A stretch of DNA of 64,000 nt from Haliotis rufescens. Taxonomy: Eukaryota. The translations under genes were made by a program, and so were the position numbers. Shown piece after piece: positions 27,088-39,213 of this stretch. The notes under the pieces are model-generated. The model searched no databases, was not told where the DNA came from, and was given only the letters and a program-made list of their open reading frames with translations. Position 1 is the stretch's first letter. Each line of letters begins with the position of its first letter. The stretch is from assembly GCF_023055435.1 (NCBI RefSeq), contig NW_025963846.1:15810001-15874000 (forward strand). Direction: 5' to 3'.

Positions 27088-29874
27088 AGTGAGGCTAACA
27101 GGGGAGAGACGGAAGTAAGGAAACCAACGAAATCTCTGAACACTTCATCCGACTTCTGGCATTCGTTATGATTGAGAGGTGATCTGTTTTATCAATGATA
27201 AAACCACTGAATAAATTGATGCAATAACTCTTTTCGTTTTGAGAAATGTTTTGACGACAGAGATATAAGGTAAGATGTGTGACTTTGCTGCCCAAACGTG
27301 GAGAGCCCGAGATGTTTCCTATTCACCTACCGCCAGTGGAAAGGAAACGGAACTTGAGAGGGGAAATGGGGCCTAGCATCGCCTTCAAAAAAATATTGCA
27401 CTATTATGTGTGTGGCTGCTTGTAGTAGTTCTAACTCATGTCAGTTGTATCGTGCTAGCCCACTGAGATACCATGTCGCAGTTTAACGTGTTGCCCCACT
27501 CGGCATCAGTATAGTATTTGACAAGCCCAAGGGAGGCTACCGAGGCCGCAAAAGAAACCCATTGGTCATCAGTATCCCACCAGGGGGCACTTCGCACCTC
27601 ATTATGACTAAATCCTGTTGTGTTTTTTTAAGATAATCTTTGTGAAATGGATTTATGTCTTGGCTGCACACCGCATGAACCATTGATCCTTTCCAGGCTG
27701 CGATAAGTGGATGCATAATATATGAGAGATCTAAACTACGGTTTCTTGATGTGAGCTTGAAAATAACCATTATACAATGACAGACGGAAATCATGCGTGT
27801 GGATTAACGCAAACCGAGTGAATACGTGGGGTTGAAGAAATGCGCTTGACGCAAACCCGAAATGGAGATAACTGTCGCTCCAAGCTGTACATTAACACAG
27901 AGAAAACAATTTCCTAAGTACTTTTAGAACATAACCCTTGATGACACTGAAAATGAATCTGATTCTATTTCGATTATATATTTTTATCATTGAGATACAT
28001 ATCAAGGGAATGGTATGGTTGAAGAAATACCTACAGATTAGACTGAATATAAATAGCAAATACATAAGACACAAAATACACACGGGTTATAAACTACTAC
28101 TGCGCGGAAGTCAGGACTATCTTTACATTCACTGGGGGTTCAAATACGAGGTCACGGTCATTCTTATGTGCTGTGGTTAAATGTTTATGCAGTTTGTTTG
28201 TTTGTTGTTTAAAGTCACACTCAGCAATATGCCAGCTATATGACGGCGGTCTGTAAATAATCTAGTCTGGACCAGACAATCCAGTAATTGACATCATGAG
28301 CATCGATCCACGCAATTTGGATTGATGACATGCATCAACCAAGAGATCATATTTAAAGGGAGAAAGGGTTAAAAAAAACTTAAAATAGTCGTGCACCATA
28401 TTAAAGAATATTTTAAACCATTTGACAATGGTCGTCATACAAAGGCAGTCGCATGGTAAGGAATGGAGTCTGTTTAGTATGAAAAGAAGTAGTGGGTGAG
28501 TACGTTTCAGCCATTTCAAGACACAGCCAGGTACTACGCAAGATGACATAACAAACAATGTTTTCAAACCGATATTAACTATATTATTTTACCCTACAGA
28601 GTTTTCTGGACCAATATTTCCAGTAATCCTCACTTGATGTAAAAGAAAGCTTAAGCTCAGGATCGGGGGTAGCAATGCTTCACCAGACTGATTGCGTGCC
28701 ATCGTACATCGTTCTTAGGCATGCCTGAACTCTGTGACATTGCCCTTAATGTGGGGATCACTCATTATGTGCTAATTCGTAATGACTCCTGTATTTCCTG
28801 CACACATATCAGCTTAAAGATTCATTGATGAAAACGAATGCAGATGCATGGTTTGTCACTGGTTTGCCTGGGCCGTTCCGTGGTTATAATGTTGCCGACT
28901 CGTGTTAAGCAATGTTCATTCGCGCACTCGTACATAATCTTTGATGTTGCTCTTTATGAGGGGATCACACACAATATGACTTGAGTCTTTCTTGCACAAA
29001 TTTCAGCTGAAAGATTCAGTTATTTAAACAGAGTCGGTGTCAATTTTCTAACCTGTATAATTCCACTGAAATATCCAGAGGATTAACTGGATGGAAAACT
29101 GACCGTTCTCATAGTGGCAATCCCAGACTCACTTCCGTTCTAATGGCCACCATGCAGGCCATTTCCAGCCAGCGTTTCATATAGTTTTATTGGGGAAAAG
29201 GCATATTATGTAAGTGGAATTAAAGGAACCAAACCGAAATTAGATATACTTTTAAAACTCTTTAAAAACATATATTCAATCGAGAAATTTATTGCTATAA
29301 AAAAGGATGACAAAAATAACTTAAACAAAAAAATGGTCACCTTTATTCTCAGCATTTGATTCATAGCTCGCTGTTGATACATGATACGTTTGAGTCTGAT
29401 TGTGTGTTGCAACCGTTTTGGTTTGAAATAGGACAATGTTTGTTTCCAACCCTTTAATTTTTTAAAGAGTGTATTTTGCCATTCTATGCAATCCGAAATA
29501 TGTCTTCGACGGAATGCTGTATTAATCTACAACTCTGGGAACAATATAAAAAGTTTTAAAAAAACATTTTTTTACAGCCAGCGTCGCAGGTGCAGGTGTT
29601 GTCAACAAAAGTACAATTCATTTCAGTTTTGCAAGTTATTGAATTAATATTTCAATGCGTGCGTGCGTGTTTGTATGTATGTCTCTGTGTGTGCATGTGC
29701 AAAAAGAGCATCCTCGTGTTTTGGTACATAGTACATTCTCTCTTAAGTCGAGAATGCGACATCTGGACATGATGTCATATCTCGCAATACCGACAAAAGA
29801 AAAAGCCACAAGATTTCATTTTCAAAGAAAAGTGCAACAGTACCATGCAATAAATGATGCAATCATATTGCACA

Positions 29875-30086
29875 ATAACCTTAGAGATTACCTTGACCTT
29901 TGATAGACATAGCACTAATTTAACAGAGAAAAAAAAATTCCTTAAATGATGCAATGCAGCATAGTATATGTCCCTTACGTCATTCCATAGTAACACGCTG
30001 CACAGTAGAGGGGACCCTGCTCTGTCGTTGGTATAAAGATAGCCTGGAAGAAGGACAGGCACATTTGTAACAAGTCTCCAGCGATA
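29875..30086 (+). promoter_or_regulatory. Conserved proximal promoter of paralog 4
   Basis: ccttgacctttgat (29891-29904), conserved block 29971-29994, TATAAAG at 30032, about 31 nt before Inr-like CACATTT. Confidence 0.65.
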
Positions 30087-33000
30087 ATGGCCAAGTTATT
30101 GCTTGCTGTAGTTGTGACTGTGCTGTCCATATCTGTCATTACAGAGGCACAGTTAAGTGACAGTAAGTATATATGTGTTTGGTTGTTTGTGTTTCCTCCC
30201 TTTTATTAAATCCTTAAACAGTTGACCTATATGCACATGGTATATATACTGTGAAATAAAGTCATCACATTTAAGAAAATGTGATGTGAAGACATCGCAA
30301 GTCAAAATACATCGTCATTTGACATCGTATTCTCATCATAATGGCGTAATGTCTCTTTGTACCGAACGACGTAATCCTGTGGCCAGATACTCTTTCAACA
30401 GATATACAAAATTAATTAATTACACCTCAAAGATGTTTCAGTTGGACAATCGTACTTTTAAGATGTCACATATTTTAAAACACACTTTGCTTGCCGAGGA
30501 CATTTTGAGTTACGAACACGATGCTTTGATATAGAACTCTGTATATTAATGTATACTTAAGACAAAACGGTTTGAATCAACCTGAAGTACATGTATTCCC
30601 ATAACAGTAAAAGAGGAAACATTAATGGTTGAAAGTGTTTCATCCGATACCTAATCATAGAATATTAATATATAAAGTATAACGAATATATAACGACGTT
30701 ATCCATGACACAATTAGGTAATCTGTCGCCAGACGGCCCGTGGCTTTACGTTATGACAATGTTCGCAGAGAAATGTGGTTATTATGATATCTCAAGTCTC
30801 CATCTTGTGACAACATTTGACTAAAATATTACCAGTTCTGAAACAAAAAGGTTTGCGCCACCAATTTATCACCAAGCTTCATTCTGTGGAACGGACAATG
30901 TACACTGAAAGGCAACAGCAACGGTTATCGTGTTCTTCTTTTGGTCATACACTTCGTATGATAATTTTTATTGGAAATTAATATTTTTTAGAGAGTTGTA
31001 TTGAGATGTCTCGTGTCTATTCCCTCTAAGACAAGTTGTGGAGTGACCTCAATTATCACTAAAAAATATTACATCAAGCTTCTCTAATCTGTCTTTAGAA
31101 GTCTGTTGTTAGAAGATTGAGCAGTCAGTAATTCCATGTAGTCCTTTCTCTCATAGAGATAACAATATATGCCGCAGGTTGTCCTCCCAACTGCCAACAA
31201 ACTGTGTGCACGTTCATGGGATGTCAACGCTGTGACCCGGGCTACTGCCATTATTCCGACGATAGAACCAGGTGAGAGGAATACAACAAGTGTCAAGTCG
31301 CTGCTTGTTGTCATGTCTCAGGACGATAAAACCAGGTGAGAGGAATACAACAGGTGTCAAGTCGCTGCTTGTCGTCATGTATCAGGACGATAGAACCAGG
31401 TGAGAGGAATACAACAGGTGTCAAGTCGCTGCTTGTCGTCATGTATCAGGACGATAGAACCAGGTGAGAGGAATACAACAGGTGTCTAGTCGCTGCTTGT
31501 CGTGATGTATCAGGACGATAGAACCAGGTGAGAGGAATACAACAGGTGTCAAGTCGCTGCTTGTCGTGATGTATCAGGACGATAGAACCAGGTGAGAGGA
31601 ATACAACAGGTGTCAAGTCGCTGCTTGTCGTGATGTATCAGGACGATAGAACCAGGTGAGAGGAATACAACAGGTGTCAAGTCGCTGCTTGTCGTGATGT
31701 ATCAGGACGATAGAACCAGGTGAGAGGAATACAACAGGTGTCAAGTCGCTGCTTGTCGTCATGTATCAGGACGATAGAACCAGGTGAGAGGAATACAACA
31801 GGTATCACGTCGCTGCTTGTCGTGATATATCAGGACGCATTGTACCCATGTGGGGAGTCGAACCCGGGCCGTAGGCTTGTCGAGCAAACGCTTTAACCAC
31901 TAGGCTTACTCTCCGCCCGACTTGTCCCTGGCCAATAGTGTTCACTACGGCATATAACGTCATTCACTTCGTAACACTCCTGATGAAATGATGGCGGTGA
32001 TGTGAGTTAAGACAAGGATTAAATCCAAATAGAAAAAACGTAATAATCAAGCAAAGAATGATAAATGTGAAAGTATCAAATAACCACCGTTACAAATGTC
32101 ATGTTGTTTTTGTTAGTTTGTTGTTTAACGCCGTTCTCAGCAATATTGCAGCTATATGACGGCGGTCTGTATATAAAGATAAATTCGAGAATGGATAAGA
32201 CAATCCAGTGATTGACATTATGAGCATCGATCCACGCAATTGGGATCGATGACATGCATCAACCAAGTCAGCGAGCCTGACCACCCGATCCCGTTAGTCG
32301 CCTCTTACGACAAGCATAGTCGCCCTTCACGGCACAAGCATGGGTACAAATATTATGTGAATTCAATGGTAAATACATTGTATTGACAACACTCGCGAGA
32401 GTACATCAACTGAATTATTCACCACTAATAATTGTTATGGTAAAACGGAGATAATGTGACTTTTCATAATATCATTTACATATTAGGTTTCATATTATTG
32501 GTATCAAATCTAGCCTGATCTACTGAACGAAATACGTAATCATTTTGTCCCACAGAAAAATCATATGTGTCACAAAGTGCCCGGATGGAATGTACTGTCA
32601 AAGTTCTCACCGCATGTGCATCCCTACCATTGGTAAGTTTCCTATCCTCAACCTTGATGAACGTGTACCTTCTTCTCGACACATTATTTGCATCGAACAT
32701 ATGCAGAGATCATTTTTGAAGGCACAACCTGTCAAAATGACTCTTTTCGAGTATTTTCTTCAGGAAAAGAAAGCCCCAGTCTTCACTTGGTATACTTAAC
32801 ACCATAAACTGCAGGGCAAAAAGTATATTAAATTGAAAATTAGATTTGACCCAAAAATCACAAACGTTGTCAAGAGGTTACCAGGCTGAAAACAGTCACA
32901 GTAACACTGCAAACTTAAAAGTCCAAAACTTAACTATGATATCCGTATCAAGCCTCGGATTTTTTCCACTTTTATCAACTCGTGTTGATATATTTGATAT

Positions 33001-33815
33001 CAAAAGACACTCGGGTGAGATTCTCTATATCATCCAACATCATTCTTCCCACTTTTTCAATTTGTAGACAGTAATTAGCAGTGACTTCAGTGTAAAAAGT
33101 ACTGCAAACAGCTTCAGTAGCAGAGCCATTAGTGATGTCATTTGATTGTGACGTCATGGTAACCAGTGACGTCACAATGGTCTGCAAAGCATTGTGATGT
33201 AATTTCATTGCAGCGATATCTACAGTGTAGATATCGCTTGATCTAATCCAAACGATATCTCCTGTGGGAGCCAGTTTTGGATGATAAATCCGTATCAAAT
33301 ACATCACCATCGAGAACTCGTTTTTGTTTGTTTTATTTTAGCCTCTATCAAACATGGATGTACACTTTCTTTTGCCCGGTAGTATATTTACAGAGCGTTT
33401 TTTCTCAGAGCGAACGTGAAACAATGACATTGTAATGCAAATAAAAAAAGAGTCGACATATTGGTTTTTTTTAAACTTTCTTTTGAGAGGGACCTTAAAT
33501 CCTGTTTCCGTTTTACAATAAGTCCACCCGTAGTAAAATGTTAATTTTTACAACCGCTTCTCTCAATTTGTGTAACCAATTTTGCATTTTCCTGTTTAGG
33601 AGCAAGAAACACATGCCTTTGGGTCTTGCGTGCTTGTCTCTTTGTTTCTGTACCGCTGTGACCGTTGCATTTTCATAGTAGTCGGGATATAATATTTCAC
33701 ACAGGGACACAGCTGGAATATTGCTGACTTCGGCATAAAACAACATTCGTAAATTCACTCTCTGAGCTGCGTTAGACTAAGTTACTTCCACTGCCTTTTC
33801 TTTGTAGGCAAGTGA
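30087..33815 (+). CDS. Secreted 10-Cys furin-like-repeat peptide, paralog 4 (84 aa, C-terminal GK)
   Basis: Exons 30087-30162, 31178-31271, 32556-32632, 33808-33815 give MAKLLLAVVVTVLSISVITEA|QLSDSCPPNCQQTVCTFMGCQRCDPGYCHYSDDRTRKIICVTKCPDGMYCQSSHRMCIPTIGK*. Exon 3 is visible inside ORF 32545-32799. AATAAA 33936-33941. Confidence 0.88.
31258..31837. repeat. Minisatellite, 64 bp x9, spanning the exon 2 / intron 2 junction of paralog 4
   Basis: Unit gacgatagaaccag|gtgagagg...atgtatcag starts at 31258, 31322 ... 31770. Confidence 0.97.
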
Positions 33816-34161
33816 GGCTAGCAGCGGTGTGCTTGAAGTTAGAAACACCAACGGAACCTCTGGAACGCTTCATCGGACTTCTGGCATTCAGTGTGATTGA
33901 GGGTTGATTTGTTTAAGTACTGGATAAAATCATTGAATAAATTGATGCAACAAACACTTTTCGTTTTGAGATGTATTATAACGACGGAGATATAAGGTTA
34001 GATTTGTTACTTTTTTGCCTAAAAGTGGAGAGGTCTAGATGTTTCCTATTCAACTATCGCCGATGGAAAGGAAACAGAACTTGAGAGACGAGGTGAAATG
34101 GGGCTTAGATTTATTGTGCTAGCTCACTGAGATACCATGCTGTAGCTTTGCATGGAAACAT

Positions 34162-34163
<2 letters not shown>

Positions 34164-34242
<79 letters not shown>
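34164..34242. repeat. (CA)n microsatellite
   Basis: Direct inspection. Confidence 0.97.
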
Positions 34243-34245
<3 letters not shown>

Positions 34246-34510
34246 CCTTTTGAGTAGCCCAAGGGAGGCTACCGAGGCTGCTCATGAAACCCATTGGTCA
34301 TCAATATCCCACCAGGGGGCACTCTGCACTTCATTAAGACTAAATCCTTTTGTATTTATTAAATATAACTTTTCAAAATGGATGTATGCCTTGGCTGCAC
34401 ACGGCAAAACCACGAGACCTTATCCAGACAGTTATAATTCGATGCATACTATATATGAGGGATCTTCGGTTCGGTTTCTTGATGTGAGAATAAACGTAAC
34501 AATTACGCAA

Positions 34511-34990
34511 TGAGAGAGGAAATCATGAAATGTACGGATTGAGAGACGGAAATCATGAAATGTACGGATTGAGAGACGGAAATCATGAAATGTACGGATT
34601 GAGAGACGGAAATCATGAAATGTACAGATTGAGACACGGAAATCATGAAATGTACGGATTGAGAGACGGAAATCATGAAATGTACGGATTGAGAGACGGA
34701 AATCATGAAATGTACGGATTGAGAGACGGAAATCATGAAATGTACGGATTGAGAGACGGAAATCATGAAATGTACAGATTGAGACACGGAAATCATGAAA
34801 TGTACAGATTGAGAGACGGAAATCATGAAATGTATGGATTGAGAGACGGAAATCATGAAATGTACGGATTGAGAGACGGAAATCATGAATTGTACGGATT
34901 GAGAGACGGAAATCATGAAATGTACGGATTGAGAGACGGAAATCATGAAATGTACGGATTGAGAGACGGAAATCATGAAATGTACGGATT
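34511..34990. repeat. Minisatellite, 30 bp x16
   Basis: gagagacggaaatcatgaaatgtacggatt in tandem. Confidence 0.97.
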
Positions 34991-35534
34991 GATGCAAACC
35001 AAGTTACTACGTGGGGTTGAAGAAATACTTTCAGATTAGATTAGATATAGATAGAACATACATAGCAGACAAAATACACACGGGTCAAACACGAACACTG
35101 TGTGCTGGTTCATATTACCTTGACATTCACTGAGGTTCAAATATGAGGTCAGGGTCATTCCAATGTGTTCTGTCTTTATGTCTCATATTAAAAAATGCTT
35201 TAAACCTTTTGACACCGATCGGCATAAAAGGCATTGGTATGTTAAGGAATGAAGCGTGTTAAGCATGAAAGGAAGCAGAGGGTGACGACATTTCAGCCAT
35301 TTCAAGACACGACAGACACGACTGCGCAAGAGTGTTACGTGTTACGTTTTTAAAAGGATATAAACTACTAGTATATACTTTTGTTTTACCCGACGGTGAT
35401 TTCTGGGTAGAAAATATTCAAGTAACCCACACCTGATGTTAAAGAAAATCTAAGCTCAGGATCAGATGCAGCACAGTGTGACAGGCTGATTAAGTGACAT
35501 CGTACCTCTGCGGCGCTAGTTTTTAAGCGTGCTT

Positions 35535-36680
35535 TGTCTGTCCAGTTGCCCCCTAGTGGTTAAAGCGTTCGCTCGTCACGTCGAAGACCCGGGTTCGATT
35601 CCCGACATGGGTACAATGTGCGAAGCCCGTTTTTGTGTCCCCCGCCATGATATTGCTGGAATATTGCTAAAAGCCGCGTAAGGCAAAACTCATTCACTCC
35701 CTCATTCATTCCTTTATCCATGGGGCTTTTGTTAGAAAACGTGGTGACGACAGATACAGTTACGTCTCTATATTCAGAGGTTCAGGACAATTTGTCAAAA
35801 ATGAAAGCAAATGTCATCCGGAGTTAACTGAGAAAACACTATGTGAAATGCTGGACTTCCTCATCGATAACATCTACATAACATTTGGGGGTAAGACAAT
35901 CAGGCAGAAAGGAGGCATCGCCATGGGCATACATTTGTGCTCCCCTTCTTATTGATCTCTTTCTTTATGCATATGAATCGGAATTTCTGCTCGGATTGGC
36001 AAAGTCAAAACAAGGGAATTTGGCCAAGATGTTTTAACTTAAGCTTCAGGTATATCGATGGTCTCATATCGTTCAATAACAATCAAATAACCAATTTCCT
36101 TGCACTGATTCACCCATCTGAACTAGAAATAAAGGAGACCAGTGATGTCGCCTCATCCGTTTCAAATTTAGATCTATGCATAACGATTTAGAGTGACAAA
36201 ACACTCTCCACAAGACTGTATGACAAGAGGGATGACTTCAACTTTCCAATAGACAACTTTCCCTTTGTGTCAAGCAAAATTCCAGCAGCTTCAGCGTTTG
36301 GTGTTTACGGTCGAGCAGGCTCTTTCTACCAAGATTTCAAGAGTGTCATACAACTCTTGCTAATAAGTTGTTTGATCATGATTACAACATTCAAGGCCTC
36401 AGTAAAGCTATCAATAAAGGTTGACATGTAGAGAAATTTCCAAATCAGTGACAAAAGTGATGTCCGATGCAATCAGGTGAACAACTGACTTGTTTTTGCA
36501 TGTGTTTGGGACGGATGCCACTGATGGGGCAGGATACGCTCCCATTTTCGGGAACACCTGGTATCATCACTATTTGATAGTGATTCACAAACACAGGCTC
36601 ATGATACGGTCGGAATCGTACAATCGACTCTGCTTTTGGCAGCGATTTCTGATGAATATGGAACGGTTTTGTCCTTTTGT
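35535..36680 (+). mobile_element. Penelope-like retroelement RT fragment (degenerate, with a SINE near its 5' end)
   Basis: Broken frames read MLDFLIDNIYITFGG..GIAMG..CAPLLIDLFLYAYE..FRYIDGLISFNN..IHPSELEIKET..LDL..LYDKRDDFNF, typical Penelope-like RT motifs. Confidence 0.8.
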
Positions 36681-36687
36681 ATATATA

Positions 36688-38120
36688 TACTGAACCGCAA
36701 AAGAAACGTCATCACAAGTAACATTGCATGAAAAGTTGTCATTTAAATATCTTGGTAATTTTTGTCAAAGTTTCTAAAATTTAACATTACCTTGTCCGGA
36801 AAAATGAAATTGATGATAAAAAAACAAAGCAGATGACATTAAAACCGATCGCCCAAACGCATTTCGGCAACGGCCATGGTAACCCGATGCACGTGAGTTA
36901 CGTGCACATGCATTCCCCCATTTCTTGCCCTTAAAAAACCCACCCAGATCGGTTTACATTCATTGTTATTGAATTGCTACCACATGCCAGGATTGACAAG
37001 AAATCAGCGACACCAAGCCCTCGGACGATTGCAAGCTGGACAAACCGCCCGGCAAGTAGCCAATGCATTTCAAGTCCACGTAAGGACCATATACGGGCGC
37101 CAGCAACGGTACCAGACCACCAAATCTACCGATGACCGACAACGTTGTGGAAGACCAAGGGTCACCACCCGACGTCAGGATCTTCAGATTGTGCGACAGC
37201 ATTTTCGCTTTGTTACTGCTACGGAAACTGCTCGACAGACCATGGGGATACATCAGCGAGACATTAGTGCGGACACCGTGCGTCGACGATTGACGAGCAG
37301 ACACCTCCACTGTCACAGGCCACACTGAGGACCCCACGTCATCGCCGGGACCGTCTTCAGGGGGCAACACAGCACCAGCATTGGCGCCACCAGCAGTGGA
37401 GAAGATTCCTCTTCTCAGACGAGAGGCATAACAGCAGATGGCAGAGAGAGAGGCGACGCTGTGGGGAACGTTATTGTGTTGTTGAGAGAGACTCGTGGGG
37501 TGGTCCGAGCATCATGGTGTGGGGTGGAATTGGTCTTGCACAGAGGGTCGGCCCTGTTGTCTCCCAGAACATCGGTCCAGGGAGGGGCAATGGTGTCACA
37601 GCAGCTCGGTACATTGATCAAGTCTTGAGACCACACGCCATACCTCATTTGGCACGTCGCCGCAACCATGAGTTTCAGCATGATAACGCCCGTGCCCACA
37701 CTGCGAGAGCAGCAAGAGACTTCCTCCAGCAGAGTGGTATCAGAACCATGCAGTGGCCTGCCCTCAGTTCCGATTTAAATCCAATTGAGCACCTGTGGGA
37801 CGAGATTCAACGACGGCTGAATAACGTTCGACCAAAGCCGACAACTGCAGCCGAACTGCGTCAGACTCAACTGAGTGTTGGCTCAAGTGCCTATGGCCTT
37901 CATCAACCGCCTCATCCATTCCATGTAACGACGTTGCACGGCAGACACACGAGATATTGACTTGTGATGCCATTTTCTCAGAGACTGATCTTGTGTTACA
38001 CTTTAAGAACATTTGACACATTAATTTCAACCTTGATGATCAGTTTTGCCAAAATTCATCTTTTTAATACGTCTCAAAGTATGTTTACAGTGTTTGGACG
38101 CTGCGGTTTGATGTTCAGTA
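36688..38120 (+). mobile_element. Degenerate Tc1-family transposon
   Basis: Frameshifted transposase 36984-37960 (MPGLTRNQR..GRPRVTT; MVWGGIG..QHDNARAH..LNPIEHLWDE). Short termini tactgaac / gttcagta sit in TA runs. Confidence 0.9.
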
Positions 38121-38167
38121 TATATATGTCAGTGTTAGTGTTAGTGTTAGTGTGTGTTAGTGCTAGT

Positions 38168-38314
38168 NNNNNNNNNNNNNNNNNNNNNNNNNNNNNNNNN
38201 NNNNNNNNNNNNNNNNNNNNNNNNNNNNNNNNNNNNNNNNNNNNNNNNNNNNNNNNNNNNNNNNNNNNNNNNNNNNNNNNNNNNNNNNNNNNNNNNNNNN
38301 NNNNNNNNNNNNNN
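38168..38314. other. Assembly gap
   Basis: Run of N. Confidence 1.
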
Positions 38315-38857
38315 TGTGATGTCATGTTTACATACTCCTTCAGTAAAAGTTTAGAACCCTTATAAGTAGCTGTGCAAATCAGCATCTAGACTTGTTGACA
38401 AGGCCGTGGTTGTGTGTACAAAGATTAGGTTTAATGGAACAGCCCAACACGATGTAATCTTTAACGTATGGAATACTGTGAGGATCATTCTAACGATCAC
38501 GACCTTTGGAAACATAATTTATATGCAAAGGGTGCGTGAACTCACAGTTTCTGATTCTCGTGTTTTTAGACATAATCTAAAATCTCATAATCACAACTTG
38601 TCATGTCAAGCAACAAACACACAAAGTCGCGAAAACGCGAGATTTCATTTTTCTGGACATTTATTAGAGGACACAGCTATTTCCACAAAGCTCAAGGTCT
38701 CCAATTACCACCATGTATTTCTAGTACAAAAGCATTACTTACAGACCTTGACTTTCATAAATACACCTTCTTAAGAACAATCAATTACCCAAGTCTCAAG
38801 ATTGCAAAGTAAAAGTACAACAGTAACTGGCAATACATTATGGAATCATATTTGAAA

Positions 38858-38947
38858 ATAACCTCAGACCTTTGATAGACATACCACCAACAGAGAAGCA
38901 ATATATGTCTCTGTCTGTCTGTCTGTCTGTCTGTATCTCTCTCTCTG

Positions 38948-38982
<35 letters not shown>

Positions 38983-39213
38983 GTCTCTCTATCTATATAG
39001 CTATATATAATCAAAGGTCAAGGTAATATATGAGGTAAGTATCATGTCTATTCTCTACTGTCTTTAAATGATGTAATATACAATACGTATATGCCCCTCA
39101 AATCATTCCATAGTTACGTGCTGTCATAGAAGTAGAAGGTGTTCTGTTGTGTCGTGGGTAATTAGATAGCCTGGGAGAAGTACAGACCCATTTGTGACAA
39201 GTCTCCAGCGATA
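38858..39213 (+). promoter_or_regulatory. Conserved proximal promoter of paralog 5
   Basis: Conserved block 39094-39117, tgtcgtgggta, and an inverted copy of the upstream motif at 39010-39036. Confidence 0.55.

Noticed and set aside
28600-28637. Candidate exon 4 after ttttaccctacag (homologs at about 35395 and 45635)
   Set aside because: The AG is CGG in the homologs, and a better conserved terminal exon with AATAAA lies upstream in every paralog.
31258-31837. Regular array resembling CRISPR
   Set aside because: There are no unique spacers or cas genes and the context is eukaryotic; it is a plain tandem repeat.
34503-35039. Repetitive ORFs on both strands (also 6818-7395, 39773-40164, 60460-60738)
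   Set aside because: These are translations of minisatellites that happen to lack stops.
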